DNA from: Candidatus Omnitrophota bacterium
GTDB taxonomy: Bacteria > Omnitrophota > Gorgyraeia > JAFGGP01
NCBI GenBank assembly: GCA_016930485.1
Contig: JAFGGP010000013.1
Coordinates: 217,157-281,156, forward strand
DNA length: 64,000 nucleotides
Direction of reading: 5' to 3'
In this document: piece by piece, positions 48,900 to 57,595 of the stretch
Numbering within the stretch: position 1 is the stretch's first letter
How the letters are laid out: each line of letters opens with the position of its first letter
Position numbers and translations under genes: made by a program
The notes under the pieces: model-generated
Database searches by the model: none
What the model was told of the DNA's origin: nothing
The model's input: the letters and a program-made list of their open reading frames with translations, nothing else

Positions 48900-50615
48900 C
48901 TAAAACTCAGAAATCGTAGCACTCATCGCCTCTTCAAGACTGGTAACCCCTTCGGCCGCCTTGCGGATAGCGCTGTCACGCAGGGTGATTAATCCCTTTT
49001 GGACGGCCGCCTGCTTAATCTCCCTGTCAGTCGCCCCCTTGCTTATCATAACGCGAATATCGCTGTTGAGATAAAGCACCTCATAAATAGCGATTCTGCC
49101 CTTGTATCCGGTCTGATTGCACGCATCACAGCCTTTTGCCCGGTACATCAACTCTGGTGCTGACTGTACATACTTCAGCATCTCTGATGTAGGTTCGTAC
49201 GCCTCTTTGCACTCGAGGCACAATCGTCTAACCAGTCTTTGAGCCGCAACGAGTGTCAGCGACGAGGTCACCAAAAAAGGCTCTATGCCCAGATCCAGCA
49301 AACGGCTGATAGCACCGGCAGCATCGTTTGTATGAAGGGTGCTAAATACAAGATGGCCGGTAAGCGCTGCCTTAATGCATATCTCCGCCGTCTCAAGGTC
49401 CCTCACCTCTCCTACCATAAGAATATCAGGATCCTGACGCAAAAATGCCCGTAACCCTCCTGCAAATGTCAACCCGATATTCGGCCGCGCCTGCACCTGG
49501 TTAATCCCGTCCAGTTTATATTCAACCGGGTCTTCGATGGTGATGATATTTTTATGCCCGCTCTTAATGGTATTGAGGGCCGCGTACAGTGTGGTTGTCT
49601 TCCCGCTGCCAGTCGGCCCTGTCATAAGAACAAGTCCAAAAGGTTGATGGATGGCCCTGTCAAAATCGGCCAGGGATTCCTTTTCAAAGCCTAATTGCCT
49701 GAGATCAAGAGGAACGCTCCCCTTATCGAGAATTCTGATAACAACCTTTTCCCCGTATATCGTCGGTATGCTGGAGACCCGCAGATCGATAAGACGGTCC
49801 TCCTCCTTTACGACAAAACCACCGTCCTGGGGCAATCGTTTTTCGGCGATATCAAGACGTGAAAGAATCTTGATTCGGGAAATAAGCGGCAGAAGCAGGT
49901 GTCGTGCCGGCGGAGGGATTTCATATAAGACGCCGTCAATGCGGTAGCGAATATTAATTCTGTTGTGCATGGGCTCAATATGAATATCGCTGGCCCGGTC
50001 TTCGATCGCCTGTTTCAAAATTAAATCGACCAGCTTGACTACCGGGGCCTCCTCTGCCTTTGCGATCAACTCATCAAGGCTCAGACGCTCCTCATCGCTC
50101 ACATCAGTAACGCTTACGTCTTCGACCTCAAGCTCATATGACTCCTTGATCGCCTCTTCAAGCATACTCCGCTCCCCGTAGTACTCGGAAACAGCGCGGA
50201 GCACGTCCGACTTTGTCGTAAGGATGGGATTAATCTCACATCCTGTCATGCGTCTCAGGTTATCGATGGTGATGAGGTCTAATGGATCTGCCATAGCAAC
50301 AGTAAGGGAATTAAGATTGCGGGAAAGTGGGAGCACAAGATACTGTCTTGCAAAATCTTCGCTAATAATTTTGTTCAGATCCTGCTCCGGGGCGGGCTTC
50401 AGCAGCCCCTTGGAAAAAAAGGTATAGGGGATTCCCAGCTGCTTACCGAGGGCCTCAACAATGTCTTTCTCCTGGGCAAACCCCAGTTTTATCAGTATCT
50501 CGCCGAGGCGCCCTCCCCCTTCTTTCTGTGCGTTGAGGGCCTCCTTGAGCTGTTCTTCGGTAATAATCCCGGCATGGAGAAGTATCTCGCCGATTTTAAG
50601 TTTTGATTTTTTCAT
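48900..50615 (-). CDS. GspE/PilB-family assembly ATPase with N-terminal MshEN-type domain
   Basis: Walker A GPTGSGKTTT, Asp/His boxes and a tetracysteine motif (CLECK...CDAC). The N-terminus carries tandem RLGxxLxxxGxI...Q motifs. Confidence 0.93.
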   Translation of the reverse strand: MKKSKLKIGEILLHAGIITEEQLKEALNAQKEGGGRLGEILIKLGFAQEKDIVEALGKQLGIPYTFFSKGLLKPAPEQDLNKIISEDFARQYLVLPLSRNLNSLTVAMADPLDLITIDNLRRMTGCEINPILTTKSDVLRAVSEYYGERSMLEEAIKESYELEVEDVSVTDVSDEERLSLDELIAKAEEAPVVKLVDLILKQAIEDRASDIHIEPMHNRINIRYRIDGVLYEIPPPARHLLLPLISRIKILSRLDIAEKRLPQDGGFVVKEEDRLIDLRVSSIPTIYGEKVVIRILDKGSVPLDLRQLGFEKESLADFDRAIHQPFGLVLMTGPTGSGKTTTLYAALNTIKSGHKNIITIEDPVEYKLDGINQVQARPNIGLTFAGGLRAFLRQDPDILMVGEVRDLETAEICIKAALTGHLVFSTLHTNDAAGAISRLLDLGIEPFLVTSSLTLVAAQRLVRRLCLECKEAYEPTSEMLKYVQSAPELMYRAKGCDACNQTGYKGRIAIYEVLYLNSDIRVMISKGATDREIKQAAVQKGLITLRDSAIRKAAEGVTSLEEAMSATISEF

Positions 50616-50618
50616 TGC

Positions 50619-52235
50619 CTACTTATCTGCATCTATTAACGCCATTTCAATAGCCAAGTCTCTCGGCATCTCATAATAGTTACTCTGAACCGTACCCTGC
50701 TGAGTGGTGTTTTCCAAGGAATATTCGGAAAAAGAGCCCGGCTGATAATAATCGAGTTCTGGCTCCTCAACAATATGAGGAGTTATAAAAATGACAAGCT
50801 CTTTATCTTCAACCGTATCGGAATTATTTCTAAAGGCCCTCCCGATTACCGGTACCTTGCTGAGTACGGGCACCCGTCTTTCTGTCGTTGTCTGCTCCTT
50901 GGTGATGAGGCCGGCAAAAACGGCTGTGTTCCCGTCTTTCACCCGAACCACAGTAGAAGCGCCCCGGACCGTCTTATCATAAAATCCCGGGATATCAGCG
51001 GCAACCGACCCACTGATGGCCGGCTCAACCACCATGGTGATAAAACCCCTGTCATTAATCTGAGGGGTCACAACCAGCGAAATCCCCACCTCGGCCCGCT
51101 CCGCAGTGGTGGCAATAATAGCCGCCGTCTCGGTGCTCGTTGTTGCCTGTGTACCGATAGCCGCGTCGGTCGTCAGTTTGATAATAGCACTTTCGTTGTT
51201 TAAGGTAAGCAGGCGAGGCCGGGCCAGTATCTTGGTTTCAGAATCATTCTCCAGAAACTCCATGATCATCGAAAAGCCGAGGGGGCTAATTGTCCCTGCT
51301 GTAGACTTCCGACCTGCTTCCTCTCCGTACTTTGTCATGCCCTGGTCCATAAAAAAGTCACCGAACGGATAAATGGTGCTCCGGCTGGCCGCCGACACAC
51401 TAAAAAACTGTCCACTATCAGGCCCCCATTTGAGCCCTATTTTTTCCAAAGTATTGGTGGTGGTCTCCAGAATCTCCGCCTCAATAATAATCTGCGGCGT
51501 CGGCACATCCAGTTCACAGATCACCTGCTCAATGACCTGAAAACGGGCTTCAATATCAGTGATAATAAGGCTGTTGGTCCTTTGGTCAACAATCAGCTTC
51601 CCGTCTGCTGAAAGCAGCTTCTCCACAACTTTATCGATGCCTGTCGAGGTTCCCCCGCCGCCTCCGCCGCCACCAGAGGTTGCGGTCAGAGAGCCCACCT
51701 GTCCTGTCGCGGTACTGGCAAGAGATGAAGCCGATTTCTCCAGTAAGGATGTTGAAACGCGTGCGTACTTAAGGGTGTAAATACGTGTGACCGTGTCCAC
51801 CTTTGGTTTAAAAACCGGTTTCACGATAAAGATGTTGCTTTCTTCTATTTTGGTATAGCTGAGGTCGTTTGCCTGTGTAATGTTATCCAAGGCGTCCTGC
51901 ACCGAGACATCCTCTAAATATAAGGTAATCCGCTTATCCTCTACCGTCTCAGCGGCGATAAAATTCAACCCGGACTGCTGAGAGAAAATCTTTAAGACAT
52001 CCTTGAGGCTTGCATCCTTCAAATCCATCGTAATCCGTGCCTCTAGCGGTACCTCTCTGTCGGTGTTGTCACCGTTTTCAACAGCATACTCCTCGGTCCC
52101 GGCGTCAACAACAACTCTCGGGCGGCCGTCACCTCTAGGCGACTGGGCGTACGCCCCTGACAGACATACGGTAAGACCCAGAATAACCGCACACAGATAC
52201 ACCCGCCACGTGGTTATAATTGCTGGCATTTTCAT
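50619..52235 (-). CDS. secretin (GspD/PilQ family)
   Basis: Signal peptide, N-domains and a C-terminal secretin core (VPVLSKVPVIGRAFR...ELVIFITPHIV). Start taken at the ATGA overlap with the upstream stop (the track ORF starts at 52253). Confidence 0.9.
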   Translation of the reverse strand: MKMPAIITTWRVYLCAVILGLTVCLSGAYAQSPRGDGRPRVVVDAGTEEYAVENGDNTDREVPLEARITMDLKDASLKDVLKIFSQQSGLNFIAAETVEDKRITLYLEDVSVQDALDNITQANDLSYTKIEESNIFIVKPVFKPKVDTVTRIYTLKYARVSTSLLEKSASSLASTATGQVGSLTATSGGGGGGGGTSTGIDKVVEKLLSADGKLIVDQRTNSLIITDIEARFQVIEQVICELDVPTPQIIIEAEILETTTNTLEKIGLKWGPDSGQFFSVSAASRSTIYPFGDFFMDQGMTKYGEEAGRKSTAGTISPLGFSMIMEFLENDSETKILARPRLLTLNNESAIIKLTTDAAIGTQATTSTETAAIIATTAERAEVGISLVVTPQINDRGFITMVVEPAISGSVAADIPGFYDKTVRGASTVVRVKDGNTAVFAGLITKEQTTTERRVPVLSKVPVIGRAFRNNSDTVEDKELVIFITPHIVEEPELDYYQPGSFSEYSLENTTQQGTVQSNYYEMPRDLAIEMALIDADK

Positions 52236-52804
52236 TGCTTCTCTTCCTGCCAATGCTCTATCAGAGATGGCTTCACCTCAAAATATGTTCCACGATACTC
52301 TAACATAACACCATCTTTTTTAATCTTGACCACCGTTGCCCCCGACACCTCGTCTCCAATGCCGACGATCTGATTATTAATGATAGCCTGAGGACGCACA
52401 TCGCTGACGATCAGTCCCTGAATGCTAAGCTTCGGTAACTGCTCGGGTTTAATCCCCACTAAAACCTTCTGGTCTTCGACAACCGCCTCCTCCCGAAAAA
52501 GCGACAGAAAATCATCGTTTGGAATAAAAAGGTCACGCCCTATTTCGTATTCTGTAGATTTAACAGTAAAAATGGGTTTTTCCTTGAGTTTTTTTTCAAC
52601 CGCATTAAAACGGGCGTCCAAGGTCTTCTTTTTGGAAACAGGCGGAAGGGTTTCCCGGTTGCGGGGCATGACGTACGGAAGCACCTGCTTGTACACCATA
52701 AACCCCCCGATAAGCGCCAGTACAACCATCACTATTATCTCCTGTTGCTGCTTATTCAACGTCCTCTCACCGCCTTCGCTAAACTGCGCACATATACTAC
52801 TCAC
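52232..52804 (-). CDS. PilP/GspC-like single-pass protein
   Basis: One TM helix, then a C-terminal beta-rich domain (QGLIVSDVRPQAIINNQIVGIGDEVSGATVVKI). Its position between the PilO-like gene and the secretin fits this role. Confidence 0.5.
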   Translation of the reverse strand: MSSICAQFSEGGERTLNKQQQEIIVMVVLALIGGFMVYKQVLPYVMPRNRETLPPVSKKKTLDARFNAVEKKLKEKPIFTVKSTEYEIGRDLFIPNDDFLSLFREEAVVEDQKVLVGIKPEQLPKLSIQGLIVSDVRPQAIINNQIVGIGDEVSGATVVKIKKDGVMLEYRGTYFEVKPSLIEHWQEEKQ

Positions 52805-52812
52805 CCGACCCC

Positions 52813-53385
52813 TTATTCATTCTTCGGCAGTACCGTTGCAACCTTAATAATAGCCCTGGGATTTTTCAGATAATAAGCCCCCCGCTCAAGACTCCCGGAA
52901 AAACGATCCTTAAACAAGGCCTCGTCATACTTTCCCTGAGGCTCAGGAAACTGCGTTATTCTCACTTCATCGATGAATAGGTATTTAGGAAAACCTTCTA
53001 TTAAACTGATAAACTTTGCAATCTGCTCAAAGGGAGCCGCACAGCCTATTGCGATCGGTATTTTTGTGTACAGCTCTTTTTCCTCGGTTCTCTGAGGTTC
53101 CACAAACTTCATCTCGATCTCTGTGGCCGCAACCACCCTGTTAATTTCATCCAGAATCCATGCGGGATCTTTTGACTCCGGAAGCAGGCTTTTCAAATTC
53201 TCCGCCTGACGCGAAATAACCAAAATGTCGCTGATAATCTCATTTTTCTTCTTTACCTCTACAACCTGTTTCTGCAGATGCTCTATCCGCATCTTGTTAA
53301 TCTGAATAAGACCAATGGATAAGACAAGCGTCGCCACAATTACCCCTACCGTCAAAAAAACCACTCTCCGATCATCCATAAGCAT
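52813..53385 (-). CDS. PilO-like pilus assembly protein
   Basis: N-terminal TM helix, a coiled-coil and a ferredoxin-like C-terminus. TAATG overlap with the upstream gene. Confidence 0.6.
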   Translation of the reverse strand: MLMDDRRVVFLTVGVIVATLVLSIGLIQINKMRIEHLQKQVVEVKKKNEIISDILVISRQAENLKSLLPESKDPAWILDEINRVVAATEIEMKFVEPQRTEEKELYTKIPIAIGCAAPFEQIAKFISLIEGFPKYLFIDEVRITQFPEPQGKYDEALFKDRFSGSLERGAYYLKNPRAIIKVATVLPKNE

Positions 53386-55025
53386 TACCTCTTCCAGAAC
53401 ACCAGTTCAACCTCGGTAATATCGGCTTCCATTATTTTTCCTTTTTTTATCTCCGAGAGCTCAACACGGTCAAACAGTTGGCGAAATCCTTTATGTTCTT
53501 TGATGACGGTCAACAGCTGATTAACCGCCGCGATCTCTTTTTCCTTGTCCTTTGAAAACGCAGCACCCTTCAGCCGCAAAAAAGACCCGTTCACCGGATG
53601 GTAGCCGGTTTCAAGATAGTTAATCCATATCTCCTTTGCTAGCACCTGATTCAGGAAATTGATCTTTTTGGTCAGATAATCCCTGTCAACTAGCATTGTT
53701 TTAAGAAAATTTCTTCTTTTCGTCATCTTCTCCTGGTAGGCAGTAAGTTGCTGAATGGACAGCATACCAAACGTCTCCATGTCAGAAGTCTGCTGCGCCT
53801 GCAATCGCTCCAGTGTTGAGCGTTCTGTGCCAACCGTCTGCATGCCTTTCATCTGAACGGCAATCAGCAATATACAGGCAACGGCAACCTCAGCAACTGC
53901 TATCCTCGGAAATAAATCGACAATCTTCTTATGGGTTTTTCCTTCAAATTCGTAAAGATCAATAAGATTGCCGAACCCCCTGAAACTGCGTAAGCCCAGG
54001 CCACAGACCACCAAAAGCCCGGGAGAGGCAAAATAATCTTCTTTTTCCGCATCGATCTTTCCGTTTCCCTCTTTTTTTACTGACAGAGCAGCAAGCTCAA
54101 CGGCAATATCGAATTCATGCTTCAGCATATTTTTCCATTTCTCAAACTCATCGGCACCTTCGATTCCTATCAGAATGATTTTGCGAATATCATCTACACC
54201 AAAGCGTTTTACGTAGTAATCGAACGAAAGGCGAATCTCGCTAAAGAGGCTTTCATACATCGGTTCCATAGCCAAAGGAACCTCTCTGGCCTCAGAATCA
54301 GGAGATCCGAAGTCAAACATCGAACCATAATCTAGACCCGGTACTTTCTGCGCAAAGGGTATATCACGGGTAAAAAACGGTGTAGCGTGTTTGATGATGC
54401 TAATAGTTACATATTCACTTTCAACTTCTATAAGGAGAGTCGCTCCATCAACCGATAATTGCTCCTGAAGTGACCTAGCCAGACTAAAAGCAACCATTTC
54501 GATTGACTTTACCTTTATATTGAGTTCCTGCAACATGCCGATTAACTCCTGTACCGAATCCTTTTTGGCGGCAACAAAAATGATGTGCATCCTAGCCTGT
54601 TTACGGTCAACCTTAAATACAAGATAATCAGAGACAACCTCCTCCATTTTAAAGGGGATATATTTCTTTGCCTCAAACCGTATCCCGGCATCCCATTCCT
54701 TACGTGGCAAAAGAGGCATCTCAAAGTACCGAACCATAACCTCTTCTGCTGTCAGGGCAACATCAACCTCTCTCTTCCTGATCCCTGCATTTTCAAAAAC
54801 CTGCTTTATTGCCTCGGCCCTCATATCCAGTTGAGTCTCGGGTGTTGCTTGCTGTTGCCCCAGTTGCGCCTCCTGTTCACCCTCCCCCTTCTTTGCAACT
54901 TCTACCTCAGAAAAGAGAACCCTTGAAAAGCGCGTCAGCTTAGGGGTGGTTAAAAAACCGCTCACCTCACCACACGCAACATAGCTTTCAGTTACATAGA
55001 GCCCCACATGACTTTTAGATATCAT
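53385..55025 (-). CDS. PilM-PilN fusion-like assembly protein
   Basis: Actin-like PilM region (RFEAKKYIPFKMEEVVSDYLVF...IIFVAAKKD), then a TM helix (IAVAEVAVACILLIAV) and a PilN-like tail. Start taken at MISKSH (the track ORF starts at 55061). Confidence 0.8.
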   Translation of the reverse strand: MISKSHVGLYVTESYVACGEVSGFLTTPKLTRFSRVLFSEVEVAKKGEGEQEAQLGQQQATPETQLDMRAEAIKQVFENAGIRKREVDVALTAEEVMVRYFEMPLLPRKEWDAGIRFEAKKYIPFKMEEVVSDYLVFKVDRKQARMHIIFVAAKKDSVQELIGMLQELNIKVKSIEMVAFSLARSLQEQLSVDGATLLIEVESEYVTISIIKHATPFFTRDIPFAQKVPGLDYGSMFDFGSPDSEAREVPLAMEPMYESLFSEIRLSFDYYVKRFGVDDIRKIILIGIEGADEFEKWKNMLKHEFDIAVELAALSVKKEGNGKIDAEKEDYFASPGLLVVCGLGLRSFRGFGNLIDLYEFEGKTHKKIVDLFPRIAVAEVAVACILLIAVQMKGMQTVGTERSTLERLQAQQTSDMETFGMLSIQQLTAYQEKMTKRRNFLKTMLVDRDYLTKKINFLNQVLAKEIWINYLETGYHPVNGSFLRLKGAAFSKDKEKEIAAVNQLLTVIKEHKGFRQLFDRVELSEIKKGKIMEADITEVELVFWKR

Positions 55026-55224
55026 GTTTCTTCCCCTGGGCATTCCAGTGTAGCGGTTCAACAGAATTCGCCTGCAGCCAGTTGTCCACCTTTTCTCGGT
55101 CGAAACGCCACAGCCTCCCTACCTTGATGGCAGGAAGTCTGTGCTGATGCAACCAATTATAAAGGGTCTGCTTCTCGAGTTTTAGGTATTCAGCCAATTC
55201 ATTTATATCCATTAAATGTCGCAT
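55015..55224 (-). CDS. small helix-turn-helix DNA-binding protein (excisionase/MerR-type HTH_17)
   Basis: MDINELAEYLKLEKQTLYNWLHQHRLPAIKVGRLWRFDREKVDNWL. It is the first gene after the AT-rich region and overlaps the pilM-like start. Confidence 0.75.
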   Translation of the reverse strand: MRHLMDINELAEYLKLEKQTLYNWLHQHRLPAIKVGRLWRFDREKVDNWLQANSVEPLHWNAQGKKHDI

Positions 55225-55249
55225 GTAAACCCCAAAATAATTTGAGAAT

Positions 55250-55278
55250 AGTTTAGTATAATTAATTATAATTGTCAA
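55250..55278 (-). promoter_or_regulatory. promoter candidate for the HTH/pilMNOP-secretin operon
   Basis: Minus strand TTGACA (55278-55273), 17 nt, TAAACT (55255-55250). Confidence 0.45.
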
Positions 55279-55380
55279 GAAAAAAATGTATTTAATTTAT
55301 TTGAACTTCATTTCAAAATATTTTAACAGATTTTGCATATATAAAGGTATATCAAAAATAAAATAATAATTTAAACTTAT

Positions 55381-55460
55381 TTTTAATACTTTTATTTTTA
55401 TTTTTATAAATTTTATAGCTTTTTATTAACTTTTAGTAATATTTTATACTATTTTGTATT
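55381..55460. promoter_or_regulatory. helically phased T-tract array (intrinsically curved DNA) upstream of the pilus operon promoter
   Basis: Eight consecutive T3-5 tracts start at 55381, 55391, 55401, 55411, 55421, 55431, 55442 and 55452. I counted 5-8 G/C per 60 nt across 55321-55500. Confidence 0.6.
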
Positions 55461-55529
55461 TTAAACTTACTTGTTTTTAATTAAATTTAATCCAATTTTA
55501 GATATTGCTATATTTTTGGGCAAAAAAAA

Positions 55530-55934
55530 TTAATAGCTTACGGTAATTTTGATCATCTTATTCTCAGAATCGCCAGGGGGATCAAGGTCACGTATATAGG
55601 TGATCAGGATGTCCTTTTGTCTTCCGTTAAATTCCCAGTCTTCTTGAATAGTCTCAGTTACTGCCTGTTTGAGAGGGTCAAAGGCATGGGGCAGCCACGT
55701 CCATGTGTCAGAGTCCTCGCTGCCAAGCCTGTAAAGCGCATAGTTTAATCCCGCCTCACACAGAGAGAATGCCTTGGCCCTGTCAATAAGATGCTTAGTT
55801 GCTTGTGTCTGGTTAAGCATAAGCTGTAAGATAACGCCACCGGCGATCAAGAGCAGCACCACTAAACTCATAACAACAACCAGTACTGTCCCATGTCTAC
55901 CCCTTCCCCGCAAAGAAGCTCCTTTACTGCTCAT
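55530..55934 (-). CDS. PilX/GspK-like minor pilin-like protein
   Basis: Arg/Gly-rich N-terminus followed by the hydrophobic helix GTVLVVVMSLVVLLLIAGGVILQLML, without Glu+5, then a small globular domain. Confidence 0.5.
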   Translation of the reverse strand: MSSKGASLRGRGRHGTVLVVVMSLVVLLLIAGGVILQLMLNQTQATKHLIDRAKAFSLCEAGLNYALYRLGSEDSDTWTWLPHAFDPLKQAVTETIQEDWEFNGRQKDILITYIRDLDPPGDSENKMIKITVSY

Positions 55935-56832
55935 GCCCCCCCCTTGTCAAACCGTACTCGCGGGCCCATGATAACGCCTGAGCAAACTCCTCTGGGGTAA
56001 TTTGCCTTGCCAACAGAGGAATTGAGTGGGCGCGATAACAGGGTCTATACTGATCCATTATATTAATGTAGGTATTAGTGGAAATTTCCTGTGCGATAAA
56101 TTGAAGAACTTGTCTTGTGTTTTCAGGGCAGTTGGGTAAGACAAGGTGTCTTACTAGAAGCCCCTTGACAGCCACTCCATCTGAGTTTACTACAAGTCCC
56201 CCTACTTGTCTATACATCTCTTCGACCGACCTCTTTGCTTGTTCCCAATAGTCGGAAATACCGGCATACTCGATTGACAAAAAATCTTTGGAGAATTTGA
56301 TATCTGGCATATAGATGTCGACAACTCCTTCCAGGAGGGCAAGAACTGAAGGCGATTCGTAGCCGCCACAGTTATATACAACCGGTACGGTTAAACCCTG
56401 TTCCAAGGCAATCGACAAGGCCTCTACAATAGCCGGAACAACATGGGTGGGTGTTACCAGATTAATATTGGAGCAACCGTTCTTTTGCAGAGAAAGCATA
56501 ACTTCAGCCAATTTATCGACCGTCATTTCCATCCCAAGGCCGTTATGGCTAATACTGTAATTCTGGCAAAAAATACACCCTAGATTGCAGTGTGCGAAAA
56601 AAATCGTTCCCGAGCCTCCTGTTCCCACCAAGACATCTTCCTCTCCAAAATGAGGATGCCACGAGGCTATTCGAACTGCATTGGGTGTAGCACAAAAACC
56701 GGTTTCACCAATAAGTCGATTAATGCCGCACTCCCTCGGGCAGAGCCGACAGCATCGCAATATCTCCTTCAGCTCCGGGAGCCTCTGCTTAATGACATCC
56801 CTTTTTTGCCTACTGGCGCAAGTCCCTTCCAT
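55924..56832 (-). CDS. radical SAM protein, PflX/PflA-activase-like
   Basis: N-terminal CRLCPRECGINR...GFC and the radical SAM cluster CNLGCIFCQNYSIS. 302 aa. Confidence 0.8.
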   Translation of the reverse strand: MEGTCASRQKRDVIKQRLPELKEILRCCRLCPRECGINRLIGETGFCATPNAVRIASWHPHFGEEDVLVGTGGSGTIFFAHCNLGCIFCQNYSISHNGLGMEMTVDKLAEVMLSLQKNGCSNINLVTPTHVVPAIVEALSIALEQGLTVPVVYNCGGYESPSVLALLEGVVDIYMPDIKFSKDFLSIEYAGISDYWEQAKRSVEEMYRQVGGLVVNSDGVAVKGLLVRHLVLPNCPENTRQVLQFIAQEISTNTYINIMDQYRPCYRAHSIPLLARQITPEEFAQALSWAREYGLTRGGHEQ

Positions 56833-57595
56833 AAGAGTTACCGTGGTTTATCCTCTCTATTTCTTGTTTGATCAGAAGAATCCGTTCTTCATGAGATGGG
56901 TGTGTGCTGAGCCATTCGAGAGGTCGGGGATAAGGGCCACTGTCTTTGGAAAGCTTTTCCAGTACGGTAATCATCGCCCGGGGATCGTATCCTGCTCGAG
57001 ATGCATAACGAACCGTAAGGCGATCTGCCTCGCGTTCCTGTTGCCTGCTGTAGCCGCGCATAGTTAAGTCAAAAAGGGTATTTGTAACGCGCTGCACCTC
57101 GCTGGCATCGGCCTTTCGAAAGACAATCGAGGAAACAACCTGAAAACCAAGGGCATTTTGAAGATTTTGCATGCTATGCCTGCACACAACATGTCCAATC
57201 TCATGCGCCAGGACACACGCTATTTCATCGTCTGTCTCCATTTCTTGAAGTAGACCGGTATATAAATAGACATATCCGCCGGGAATAGCAAAGGCATTTT
57301 TTTCGTTTTGATCTATAACATAAAAATGATACGGTACGTCCCGGCGATCGACCTGTTGCACAATGCGTTGACCAATGTCGTTGACCCGCTTATAAAGATG
57401 TCCTTCTGTTATTACGCGGCTCTCCTGTAATACCTTTTGGGCAACGTTTCGGCCCATTGCAACCTCCGAGGCTGTATCAAACAATATCCACTGAGACCTG
57501 CCGCTAGCAGGGTTATATACTGTGGCACAGCCGACACAGTACAGCACTACAACAATCGAGGTAATAGATAGTAGTGGTAACGTTCTCTCATTCAT
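56810..57595 (-). CDS. M48 family zinc metallopeptidase (lipoprotein)
   Basis: HEIGHV zinc motif and a lipobox-like VVLYCVGC. Start taken at MNERTL (the track ORF starts at 57649). Confidence 0.85.
   Translation of the reverse strand: MNERTLPLLSITSIVVVLYCVGCATVYNPASGRSQWILFDTASEVAMGRNVAQKVLQESRVITEGHLYKRVNDIGQRIVQQVDRRDVPYHFYVIDQNEKNAFAIPGGYVYLYTGLLQEMETDDEIACVLAHEIGHVVCRHSMQNLQNALGFQVVSSIVFRKADASEVQRVTNTLFDLTMRGYSRQQEREADRLTVRYASRAGYDPRAMITVLEKLSKDSGPYPRPLEWLSTHPSHEERILLIKQEIERINHGNSYGRDLRQ

Noticed and set aside
51650-51676. Poly-glycine run (GGGGGGGG) in the secretin as a slippage or phase-variation tract
   Set aside because: It is encoded by mixed GGN codons (ggtggcggcggaggcggcggggga on the coding strand), not a homopolymer or a perfect short tandem repeat. 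It is more likely a flexible linker.
55015-55224. The excisionase-like HTH plus the tRNA-Ala att-like repeat as evidence of a prophage or integrative island spanning 44.2-55.2 kb
   Set aside because: The interval contains only type IV filament genes and no integrase, phage or conjugation genes. It lies on the 5' side of the tRNA, whereas tRNA-integrating elements insert at the 3' side.
55225-55529. Replication origin in the ultra-AT-rich spacer
   Set aside because: No DnaA-box-like 9-mers (TTATCCACA or its complement) are visible, and no dnaA, dnaN or gidA is nearby. Gene orientation does not switch across it.
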